Shown one piece after another: positions 25,789 to 37,632 of a stretch of DNA of 64,000 nt. Within the stretch, counting starts at the first letter, position 1. Every line of letters begins with the position of its first letter. The stretch comes from Hormiphora californensis (Eukaryota > Animalia > Ctenophora). A program made the translations under genes and the position numbers. The notes beneath the pieces were generated by a model. That model searched no databases and was not told the DNA's origin. It saw nothing but the letters and a program-made list of their open reading frames with translations. The stretch is taken from positions 3,100,001-3,164,000 of the forward strand of contig CM035362.1 in NCBI GenBank assembly GCA_020137815.1, read 5' to 3'.

Positions 25789-28700
25789 TTACATACGGCC
25801 CAGGCCGGAGTAGTACAGAATCTTCCTGTTCTTGGAGCTCTTGTGCATTACGGTACACCTGCCCAGCATTTGTTCCCTAAACTTCTTCCGGTCAGGTCCC
25901 TCCTCAACATCCGCGTCAATGCCGCCATCATCTAGGTTGTAGTCCTTCAACAGCTCGTTGTTGATGATCCATACGCTCTTGGGAGAGTTTGAAATCCATC
26001 GGACCTCTTGACCGATGGCCTGGACAACCGAGACGGGAGAGTAGTACTGCATGCATGATCCGTGCTCGCCGAGTTGGTTTCCGCTGCCCTCCTTGGCTCC
26101 AGATTGGAAGAGGTAGCTGTACCCCTGGTACAGTTCAACCCAGCCGTTTTGTTGGAGGTATGAGGTATCTGGGTTCTGGTTTCGGTAGCTGTGGACTGCC
26201 ATCAGCCTGTAGTCGGAGACACACACCACGCATCGGCTGAGAAATGAAATGGTGTGGTTTGGATTCGATTGGTTTGGACTTTTGATTGGATTCGATTGGA
26301 TTGTTGTGGTTTGGATTGTCGTGGTTGGTAGTTTGCCAACCCATGGTACAGGTGTCTGGTGTGGTTGCTATAGTGTTGGTCAATCATGAATGTGGGAAAA
26401 GTAGTGATTACTATTCGTCAAATTGACTAGGGAGTGGGGACGTGTAGTTATATATGTATACCTGATATATTTAAGAATCTCATCATGGTTCTCCTCAGTG
26501 TATCGGAGCGCCTGAGGGTAATGCTCTCCCACAGCCACACTATCGGGAATATCCGCAGTAGGCATCCAGAAGGTATACTCATTCTTGGAAATCTGGCAGG
26601 ATGCAGTGTTGCACAGTTGCAGAGGATTCATGTAGAATTCCCTCCAGCAACTACCCGGCTCGGAGATGGTCTGGGCGGTGATCGACTTGGTAACTGGGGG
26701 AGAGGGAAGGAGAGGGATGGTTTAGCTGCTGGATATATCGAGGATGGACTGCTGTTGATCTGGTATGCTCCATGTTGTTCCACACGACCCGGGGAGATAG
26801 AGAGAGAGATGGTGTGTTGGACGGCGTGGATCTGGAACGTTTCCAAATTTGTAACGGTCATTTATTAGAGAATGAATCTGGTCCAAACAAAAAGTTGGCA
26901 AAAAACGATGCAAAAATACTGATTAATTACCGAAGGAGGACCAGATTATTAAGTGAGAGATGCCAGAGAATCGTCGCGAAACACGCTGCCGCTTAGTCAA
27001 AAAAGGAGAGTATGATCTGCCTCAATACAAGAGAGAGATAGGGTACCTACTAACAATAAAACAGAAACAATATACTGGGTGACTACATCTCTCCGAACTA
27101 GTCAGAGAGATGATGCTACCTTTATATTACAAATGAGAAATTGCTTCGTTTGCAAATTAGCTTGCAAACGAACAATATATAATTTGATTCGATATATAAC
27201 AGCCAGACCCCGATTTTCCGGGATCCCCAGGGTTTCGGTAAATCGGGGTCCGACTGTATTTTAAACAACTTTGCAGAATCTGATAATATACTGACAGACA
27301 CAGGACATACAAAACTTACCATCCACAAACATGAAGGAGTATCCAGTCCACAGCTCGGTCATACCATCGAAACATTTGGGGGCGACATTTTTCTGTGAGT
27401 GGAAGGCCACAATGTAGGGGTTCAGTTGGATGCTCTGGGCAGCCTCTCCGGGAGGTCCTGGGGAATGTTATTGTCATTTCGCATCAAGCACCTTGGGAAC
27501 TGTGCCAATTATTTAGCAAAAATTTTGTAAAATCTCCACGCATGGAACAAGGGTTATAGTCATCCTTTTAGTAGTGGTAGACCAAAATCAAAAGGTGCGA
27601 CCCATTTGATTTCTAATTGATCCCAAACTTACCAGTCTTTCCAGCGCTTCCCTTCTCTCCCTTGGCTCCCATAACTCCAGTTCCGGCGATTCCGGCGGGT
27701 CCGGCAATTCCCTTAATACCAGCAATACCTCGGGCACCAGTGGCTCCTCTCTCTCCTCTCTCTCCCTTGACTCCATCAGTTCCCTAGTCAAGATATAATC
27801 ACCATGGTTACCAAAAATAAAGGATTAATTGTATAAGTCATTAAGTAAAATATATATTGTGTATACTTACAGAGGGTCCGGGTGGTCCTGTAATAGTAGT
27901 TCCGTCAGATCCCCTGTCTCCCTGTCGTCCGGGCATTCCTGGGCTTCCGGGGCTTCCATCTCGTCCGGGGTTTCCAGCGGGCCCAGTGTTACCCTTCTCT
28001 CCGGGAGTTCCGGATGTTCCGGGGTTTCCATTAGTTCCAGAAGGTCCGGGAGGACCCCTCATTCCCTGACTTCCAGGAGATCCAGGAGATCCAGCGTTTC
28101 CGGCGGCACCATCGTTACCAGGGGAACCAGGAGATCCAGGGCTACCTCGGTCTCCCTTCATTCCAGCATTTCCCTGTCGACCCTGAGGTCCAATGTCTCC
28201 GTTAGCTCCAGGAGAACCGGCGATACCAGGGTTACCAGGTCGTCCCATATCTCCCTTCATTCCCGCAGCTCCGGGCAGACCAGGTCGGCCAGGCTCTCCA
28301 GCGATTCCGACACCGGGGTTACCGTTAAGACCAGCATCTCCCTTCTCTCCGGGAGTTCCGGGAGTTCCAGGGTTACCGGGGTTTCCCTGGGGGAGGGGAC
28401 GAAAGTTAAAATTGATATTCAGATTGTGCCATTGACCATAAGAAAAGATAGAGTTTAACTGTACTTACATCTCGACCGTTGTTTCCATTCCTGCCTCGGT
28501 CTCCCTTGGCTCCGGGCATTCCATCTCGTCCAGGAGTAGCCCTACCAGGCTCTCCCTTAGTTCCTGCGGCACCAGGCTCTCCGTTCTTTCCGGCAGGTCC
28601 AGGAGGACCGGCGTTACCAGGGTTACCGGGTCGTCCTTGGAGACCAGGCTCTCCATTAATTCCGGCAGTTCCAGGGTTACCCTTTTCTCCGGGAGTTCCG

Positions 28701-31700
28701 GGAGTTCCAGGGTTTCCGGGAAGACCAGACTCACCCTTCATGCCGTTGATTGAGGTGCCCTGCAAGGAATCGGTGTCGGTTGGTGTGAGATTATAATATG
28801 TTACTCGAATTAGCATTGATTTAGGTCACTTGGACATGATTTACTTACAGGTCGTCCGGGCATTCCAGACTCTCCCTTGGCTCCATTCATTCCATTCTCT
28901 CCATTAGCACCAGGATCTCCCTTCGCTCCAGGCATTCCTGGGGTTCCAGGGTTTCCAAATCCAGCTTCTCCCTTGGCTCCGGGCATTCCAGGGTTACCGT
29001 TATTTCCTCGGTCTCCCTTCTCTCCAACGGCTCCATCATTACCAGCGTTACCGGGACCTCCAGGTTGTCCATAATTGTTAATGGTCTCTCCCTTGGCTCC
29101 GGGCATTCCGTTTCGTCCGGGGGTACCAGGCTCTCCCTTAGCTCCAGGCATTCCATTGCCGCTCTCTCCGGGAGGACCTCGGGGTCCAGGAGGCCCATTG
29201 ACAACAGGAGAATCTCCCTTCATTCCGTTCATTCCAGGAGCTCCATCCTTACCGGGCTCACCAGCAGCACCAGCATCTCCCTTCTCTCCGGGCATTCCAG
29301 GGTTTCCATTCATACCATCCTTTCCAGGATTTCCCCGTTCTCCGGGTCGTCCGGCGGATCCAGGAAGTCCCTGGAGTCCCATATCTCCCTTGATTCCAGC
29401 CTGAGCAGCGCCAGGCATACCAGGGTTACCCTTGGTTCCGGGGAGTCCGTTGTTTCCGGGTCGACCATCAGCACCGTTCAGACCTGGGTTTCCTCGGTCT
29501 CCCTTCTCTCCGACCATACCGGGAGTTCCGGGGGTACCAGGGTTTCCAGCGTTACCTCGGTCTCCCTTCTGTCCGTTAAGCCCGTTTCGACCCTAAGAAC
29601 ATGATGGTGTTATAAAATTCTTTATATTCAGCGCATGGGGGTTCAACAATTTATCATTCCATAGTTATTATAACTTACATCGTTTCCAGGTCGTCCGGGA
29701 AGACCATCCTTTCCGTTAGCTCCTGGGGATCCGTTGATACCAGTATCTCCCTTAGCTCCAGGCATACCGGGCATACCATCCTTTCCAGCATTTCCCATCT
29801 CTCCGGGTCGTCCAGGAATGGTCCTACCAGCATCTCCCTTGGCTCCGGGCATGCCGTTAGATCCGGGAAGTCCAGAAGCTCCCTTGTCTCCGTTCATTCC
29901 GGGGGTACCATCGTTACCCCTCTCTCCGTTGATTCCGGGTCGACCGGGCATTCCAGCGTTACCCTATAGGATGACCAAAATTATTCTTCAAGTACTATAC
30001 TTTAAATTTTCATGGCATTTTATTTACATTCCATGATTCATACCTTAGCTCCGTTCAATCCAGGTCGGCCAGCGTCTCCCTTGGCTCCGTCCATACCGGT
30101 AGCATCTCGTCCATTATTACCAGTGTCTCCCTTAGCTCCGGGGGTTCCGGGAGTTCCATTGGCACCATTCTCTCCTCGAGCGCCGTCGTTTCCAGATCGT
30201 CCGGGTAGACCACCGTTACCCTTAGCTCCGGGAGCACCGGGCATACCTTAGGTAAATTATGTCAGATCTTGAACCATGCACCGAAAGTGGTTATTCATTA
30301 ATCGTTTAAAAATTATTTCATTAATTGATGATATTATTAAATTAATGTGCTAATTAGCTAATTAATTACCTCGCTCTCCGGGAGTTCCCATATTTCCAGG
30401 CAATCCAGGCTCTCCCTTGTCTCCTCGGAGTCCACTCTTTCCGGGGGTACCAGGGTTTCCGGGCTCTCCCCTGTTTCCAGGGGCACCATCACTTCCACCT
30501 CGACCAGTGTCTCCCTTGCTACCGGGCATACCGGGGGTTCCAGGGTTACCAGCATCTCCCTTAGATCCAGGAAGACCAGGAGTTCCGGGTCGTCCACCTA
30601 GACCATTTTCTCCCTTTCGTCCGGGGACACCAGGTCGTCCACTATCTCCCTTTGATCCGGGTGTTCCGTATCCAGGGGATCCAGGGGATCCGGGTGTGCC
30701 TCGATCTCCCTTCATTCCCAGAAGTCCGGGGCTTCCATCTCGGCCTCCCTCGCCAGAGTCTCCCTTCTCTCCGTTTCTTCCAGGAGTTCCAGGGGTACCA
30801 GAGTCACCCTTTGCTCCAGGCATACCAGGTAAGGACTCTCCCTTGGCTCCGTTCAGACCGGGAGCTCCAGGCTCGCCATTAGATCCGCCAAATCCGGGTG
30901 TCCCTCGGTCTCCCTTGCTTCCGGGTCGTCCAGCATCTCCCTTTTCTCCATCTAATCCTCGGGCTCCATTCAAACCATCTTTTCCGTTTCGTCCGTTAAG
31001 ACCATCTTTACCGGCGTCTCCCTTGGCCCCAGCTCGTCCATCAGTACCTCGGTCTCCCTTGGCACCGCTCATTCCAGGTAGTCCATTTCGTCCAGGGTTT
31101 CCTCGGTCTCCCTTCTCTCCGGGAAGACCAGATAGAGTGACGGCAATACCAGGTGAACCCCTGTCTCCCTTCTCTCCGATTCCGGGAGCACCGGGTCGGC
31201 CCTGGTTTCCGGGCATACCGGGTGCACCAGTGTCTCCCTTGGCTCCAGCGAATCCGGGGGTTCCCTGGACAAACGGAATATAATATATTGATTGGTTTAT
31301 TGAATAAACTAAACTTGTGTAGATTTAATTTTTCAAGACTAGCTATGTGGTGGACAGACAAACTTACATCTTTTCCGGGTGTTCCAGCCTCTCCAGCTCG
31401 GCCAGAAGTTCCCTTGGCTCCGTTCACGCCCTCTTTACCAGGCAGACCAGGGGCACCCCTGTTTCCATTTTGACCGGGAGAACCCTTCACTCCGTTAAGT
31501 CCGGCTGATCCATCGTTACCGGGTCGTCCGGGTTGTCCACTGTTTCCTTTTTGTCCAGGAGCACCGGGTCGGCCGTTAGATCCGGGACCTCCGGTGTTAC
31601 CTTTCTCTCCGTCCCGACCGTTCTCTCCCCTCTCGCCGGGGGATCCTGTAATGATAAAGGATCAAATTTAGGTCCTCGTGAAGGGATACACCTGGCTAGT

Positions 31701-34092
31701 GTATTGGCTTAGTTGGGTGATCGGATAATTGTTTATGAGCCTTATTTAGATTGACAGCACAGAGAGAACAATAAAAACTCTGTCAATAACTATTATAAAA
31801 CATTACTGTGGGGTAAAGTGCTCTTACCCCTGGATCCAGGTCGTCCCTGTTCTCCCTTGGCTCCATTCATTCCATCTCGTCCGTCGTTTCCATCTCGTCC
31901 AGGGTTACCCTTGGCTCCGTTCAGACCAGGCTCTCCGATGGTTCCAGGGGTACCGGCGAGACCGGCAGCACCCTTCAGACCAGGAGCACCAGGTCGTCCG
32001 TCGTTACCAGGAAGACCAACCTCTCCCTTGGTTCCGTTGCAACCGTCCACACCGGGGGTTCCGGGGACACCGTCAACTCCATCGCGACCGGCGTAGCCAG
32101 TTAGTCCGGCATCACCGGGCTCTCCGGCAGGTCCAGCTGGACCGGTTAGACCCCGATCTCCAGAAGGACCGGGAGGTCCATCGTTACCCGGTTCACCCTG
32201 AACAATTTGAAATTAGAGCTAGCAGGAACCGACCGAATCAGGAAATACTGGTCCCTGATTGGCTGATAACCAGTCACGTGACCTAAATAACGAGTTCTGA
32301 TTGGTTGTTTACTTGTTTCGGTCGGTTTCTGAGAGCTAGATGGTTGGTATTGTTTTTTGATTTCAGATGGTTGTTGATTGTGAGCATATATGATCAGTGA
32401 CTTCATTTAAAACAGTTAGTGATCTTGTCCCCTAAACTACTTTGGGCCATTAGTCACATTGGGTAATTGTTTACAGTTCAGCTCGATCGAATCAGGAAAT
32501 ACTTATCCCTGATTGGCTGATAACCAGTCACGTGACCTGAATAACGAGTTCTGATTGGTTGTTTACTTGTGTCGGTCGGTTCCTAACAGTTCAGCTCGAT
32601 CTACAGATATATTGGCTAGTTTTTGTTTACTTTCCCACGTGTATTGTGATTGGTATTGGAAGTGGTGGCGGTCACAGTGAGGTGTGAATTTTCACACAGG
32701 ACACCCTGCAGCACAACAAAACAAGTTGCCAAGTAACCAAGCAAGTGGCAACATGGTTCGGAATAGGTCGCGATCAGAAGCTCTGATCATGATCAATCAC
32801 CATTTAAAGTCAGAAATAGAGCCGACCAATCATCACGTCGTGGAAGTGCCACTACCATGTCATGTTTGTGGAAGTACCACTACCATGTTGTCACGTTTGA
32901 TGCTGGTAGTCGGTAGTTCAATGAACTGTTATAATGAGAGAATAAACATACAGTCGGACCCCGATATATCGGGCACCCCGATTTACCGGGCAAAACCCTT
33001 TCCCCCGAGCATCCCGGTTAATCGGGGTCCGACTGTAATACGATCAGTGAATTTCACAGTCTAAATGTCGAATAAAGCGGGGCAATTATCTTCCAAAATC
33101 CGAAGGAGCTTTAGTGGATTTATGGGTAGTATAACGACATGGTAAAGTGATCTGGGGCTTTGATAAAGTTTGATCATTCCAGTTTGTGTATGAATCCAGT
33201 AACGGTACCATACTTAAACAGTCGGTAATCAGTTTCCCATTATCATACGGGCAATTCATGTTTATGGGTGATGCAATATGAGCGGATTGATGTTATAAAA
33301 TTGATGTTTGAAGATTGAAGCTACTTACCCTGTCACCCTTCATTCCGGTAGATCCGGGGACTCCCCTCTGGCCAGGGGAACCCTGTTTACCTGGGGGACC
33401 AGCCTCGCCAGGTCGACCCTGAGAAATGTTACGGGTTAGTTGGTTTTAGTCAATCATGGGCTATGACATAGAATCGGGACATGACATAAAATATCATGAT
33501 CTCATCTCATGATGGGTCATATAATCAAATTGGATCCAAGTTTTAGAGCGAACTACTGCCCTATCTCTTTCATAATAGGGGCTCACAAAACAGGTGTGAC
33601 ACGCCTTTGCTTCCTGCTACTAATTAGTACATGTATTTTATGCAAGGGGAAGCATCCCCTCTCAGTTACAACTAGGTGCACTCTCATAACATATGTTTAA
33701 ATCAGTTATATGCCTGGGAAATGTTGGTTGCTTGTTGTTCTAATTTCTACTAACAGTACTGTATGGGTCACGGGAATGACAGCTCTTTCCGGTTTCAATC
33801 AACCAACCAATCGAGTTGGTCAAAAGAAAACGTTTTGTTTTGACCACTTCGATCGAGATAAGTCTAACCGGGAATAAAATAACTTTTTACCTTCCTCGAC
33901 GATCCTTTAGTTTCTAAGACAGGAACCTACTAACAATAAATGAAATCCAATTCAACTATTGTATGTACTCACTCGGGCACCCTTGATGTAGGGAGGTCGT
34001 TGTCCGCAGTTGTTACATGCGGGATCCGCCTCAGGATCGGCCTCAGTCCGGGCCAAAGCAAATAATGTCACTAACAGAATCAACCACTTCAT
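25789..34092 (-). CDS. col4a: Collagen IV alpha chain, gene B (isoform ending in the proximal NC1)
   Basis: Signal peptide [16 protein letters not shown], then [16 protein letters not shown], the 7S-end motif GCNGTKG and interrupted Gly-X-Y exons. NC1 exons lie at 27457-27320 (AFHSQ..C..LWTGYSF), 26693-26462 (EPGSCWREF) and 26236-25789. Confidence 0.92.
26981..26993 (-). promoter_or_regulatory. Putative intronic docking motif of gene B
   Basis: ACACGCTGCCGCT on the plus strand, in the intron between the shared NC1 exon and the proximal cassette. The same motif is at the same position in gene A. Confidence 0.65.
32951..33035. mobile_element. Tc1/mariner-like mini-MITE (TIR CAGTCGGACCCCGAT, TA TSD); other copies at 27200-27256, 46825-46909 and partial near 47045
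   Basis: TA|CAGTCGGACCCCGAT...ATCGGGGTCCGACTG|TA. Confidence 0.85.
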
Positions 34093-35741
34093 CTTTTATT
34101 GAGTTGTGTGGTACAGCATATACCACTTTCCTATAGACACGAGAGAGTAGGAGTTATTGAGTTGGGTGGTAAAGTGCATATACCACTTTCCTAGATGGCG
34201 TAGGGTGGATTGTTTAAAATTGGTAAAGTGTTTTGTCAACTCAAGTTAATCAGGATAATGTTATATACCAAAGCTGCAATGCAAGTAAAGAGAAATGACT
34301 ACTACAAAAAGCTCTAGAGCCGTGTTCCGGTTTATAGTGGCCCCGCATTAATGAAGCGCCGCAAGCATATGACAAAGTGGCAATTTAATGCAAGCGACCC
34401 GTCGCCATTCATGTTGCACGTGCAAATTTAAAATGCAAGGATATAAGGTCTCCTCGTATTTAATAAACGGGAACATATAACCGGAGAGAGACATGTAACG
34501 GGAACATATAATATTTAAGCGGAGAGAGATGCAGTAGTAGCACTCCTCTGTCCCTCCCGGAAAAGCTGGAAGGGAGACTATCCGGCGAAAAGGAGCTCTG
34601 CAGTGTGCAAACTAAAACTCTTGCAACTTCACAACAGCTCAGAGAGCTCATGCAGTAGCCTTGGAGTCGAGAGGCGGGGAGGAAGGAAGCATAGTCGCGT
34701 CGTGGCGATTATATAAATTTGCGTTTATTCTACTGGTTGGATGAGAAGCCTGAGGAAAAGCAAACACACTGAACACACATGGCCTGTACCTAACTCACAC
34801 GTTCATTAACTTATCCATGTTGTAGATGGAAACTCCTCTTAGCCTTACCGGAGTTCTACTCTACTCTAGACTCCGGCCCCGTTACCATAGCAACTAACTC
34901 CGGCCCCGATCTAAGAGACGCAAAACCAAAAAGCTGCTGACTGCTTGTACCTATTTCTCTCTCTGCGGCAGTAGTGCGTCCGCGGCTTTGTGTGTTGTTT
35001 TTCCGCCCCTCACGCTCATTGGCTAAGCGTGGGTTGAAGGTGCTAACTGTTGCGTGAGAGGTGCTGCCTGCCCGCTGCTGAGTTGCACGTGTGTGAGCTG
35101 GGGTGACAGAGTCTTAATCTGTTTAACTCATCTCTCAACTTGGTGTGCCCCCTCCTCTCAATCTGCCACTTTACTTGAGGAGGGAGCTGCTTTTTAACCT
35201 AATCAAGGTCACCCCCAAACACCAAAAAACGACAATTTGCTGTGTGAGAGCTTGGTAAAAATCCCATACTGCTTTTCCGCCTTCAGAGGCAGCCTGCAGC
35301 GTCCAACTCATTCACCCACACACACACAGGTGTATAGCCTTATGTCTCTCAGTCGTGGAGAGAGACGTGCTGGGGTGAAGAGTGAAAAGTCCCGAAATTA
35401 AAAAAACGGGTGCTTTTGTCGCCCAATAGCAAGTTGACACGGGGCTTTATGCTATCAGGGAGCTTTGTGATTGGTGTAAATTGTAGCCCTTTGCCTTAAC
35501 ACATTATTGCTGATGTGTTAGTTGCAACTGACTTGTGAGCACTTAGATGCTTGTATTATATTGAAAATTCACGGTTTTCTTAAATTCTTTTTTAAGTGCC
35601 CATCAGTTTTCTGGTTTAGCCCTCTTCTATAGAATAGACTTGATTTAGTTTTGCGTGAAATGGGTTAAATGCTCAAACAATATACAGATTTCTCAAAACA
35701 CTGTTGCAATTGTCCATTTCATCAATATATCCTCAGCTGTT

Positions 35742-36944
35742 TTATTCCTGTCGGAAAAGCTTTGCCTCGGGTCGTCGGCATACCACGCATCGTGATACAT
35801 ATGGGCTAGAGTCTCCAAAGGACTTGTAGTCAGAATCTCGCTGAAAAAGGAGTAGTTTAGTGGTTTGTGTGATAGTTAATAGTGGATTATCTTCTTGCAT
35901 ATAATATTATATTATCATAATTTCTAATTCTTCGAACTTTCTAAAACTTATAATTTGCCCCCGAATTTACCTGTGTGTCACTCATGAGCCAGGTGTTTCG
36001 GGTTCGTTTCTTCAGCCTGCATTCCTCGTTGTTACATGAAACAAGGGGAGTCTGGGAGAAGTCCAGGAGACACGATCCCTGGGAATCTGAGCAGGAGAAA
36101 GGTCGAGTTAGTTCTTTTGATATCATTTTCATATATATAGAAGCTGCACGAGTTTTAAAATAGTTTACACAGAATCAAAAATCGGCATTGTATTTTCTTA
36201 CCGGCCTGGGTTCCAACTCCAAATTTATCAGAAGACACCTGCCAGAAACTGTATCCGCACCAGTTCTCCTCCGCAACACCGGGGTTGATGTGTTTGTTGG
36301 GGTTAGGCACGATCTGCAATGTTGTATTTGTTTTGGCTTGGATATACAACAATTTTAAATTCGCCTTCACACATTTTGTGTTACAGTTCATTTGGTAAGA
36401 CGTGTGTAACCTGGTAACCGGTTTTTGTTTTTTCAGGTTACTTAGCCACACGCTGAGCAAACCGCATACCGACCGGGTAACTATGTGTAACTATGGCTCC
36501 CCCTTACCTGGTAACCAGTGGGGCAAGCGTGGTTCTCAACCTCAGCGGGGTGCGTGTTGGACCTTGTATGGACGACCGTCAGTCGGAAAATACTCTCGCA
36601 AACAACACATCGGGAAACGTAGTTCTTAGCTCGATCGTAGTCCAGTCCTCGAGAGGGAAGGTCATCAAGGAATTCATCTTGGTTGCCATCCAGAGAGGCA
36701 ATGGACAGCCACCTGTGAAGGGGAGAAGTTGATGAAGATGCGGAATATATGTCTTGATAAAGGAGTAAACGGTTGATTTTATGAAGGAGTTAACTTACAT
36801 GGTGCTGTGTTGGTCAATGTTCCTTTCAGCAGGTGCTCTCTCCGTTTCCATTGTCAGAGCAAGTTCCAAAGAATTCAGGTTTGAAGTTCAACATACAACT
36901 ACCGGGGTCACCCAAGTTTTGGGTCCATTTGTTGCTGTTATCAA
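35742..36944 (-). CDS. Distal (alternative) collagen IV NC1 cassette of gene A; 5 exons, with one apparent +1 indel near 36828
   Basis: Phase-1 acceptor at 36944. Encodes DNSNKWTQNLGDPGSCMLNF, YVSRCVVCESIF..CPTGY, WCGYSFW, SQGSCLLDFS..SCNNEEC and [13 protein letters not shown]. Confidence 0.82.
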
Positions 36945-37234
36945 CTGTTTTTGGGGGATTTGTTAGGACGGACCGACAGACAGACAGACATATTGGCACA
37001 CATTCCAGAGATGGTGGTAGTAGTTGAAGTAAAGTCCTCTGTAGGTCTCTGATACAGCTCACCAAGATAAGAGAAATTGTGTTAAACGAAATTGGAGAGA
37101 CAGGAAGGAGTTAAAAAGAGAAAATGGGATCGTTTTAGTTTAAACCGTGTTATAGCTGGTCGAACACCCATATTTCGATTGAGGCAGTACTAATTACCCC
37201 TACTAATTAGTTAATTACTAATTAAGAGACGGCT

Positions 37235-37288
37235 GCGGCAGCGTGGAGGTTACAGGGCTACTTCAACCACAGGTTTAGCGGCAGCGTG
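37235..37288 (-). promoter_or_regulatory. Two copies of the putative RNA-pairing motif downstream of the gene A proximal NC1 (37235-37246, 37277-37288)
   Basis: GCGGCAGCGTGG and AGCGGCAGCGTG, both complementary to 38710-38722. Confidence 0.65.
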
Positions 37289-37632
37289 ACGTGGTCTATA
37301 GATCGGAGGGTCAAAGAGATATTTCAAGAAATTCTGATGGTGCCATGATTTAGAAAATATATGGGGGGAACTAGTTGGAGAAATAGTTTTAGGAAGACTG
37401 TAAATTTTAGGTGAGAATATATGTCTATCTAATATCCCTCTCAGGATCCCTCTCTCTTTTATGGTTTGGGACTTGAATACTTGGCCAGCTCCTCCTCCTA
37501 TTGGTTCCCGGTCCAAACTTCGCAGAACATACATACAGCGGGGTTATGGGATTTGCAAATAGAGACCATTACAATACAACATTGTCATATTTTCACAGTC
37601 TTATTTCATGGTTGATTTCCATCACTCTCTCT

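Noticed and set aside
32146-32406. ORF containing [29 protein letters not shown] (also 56515-56760)
   Set aside because: It is a translation of the dispersed MITE.
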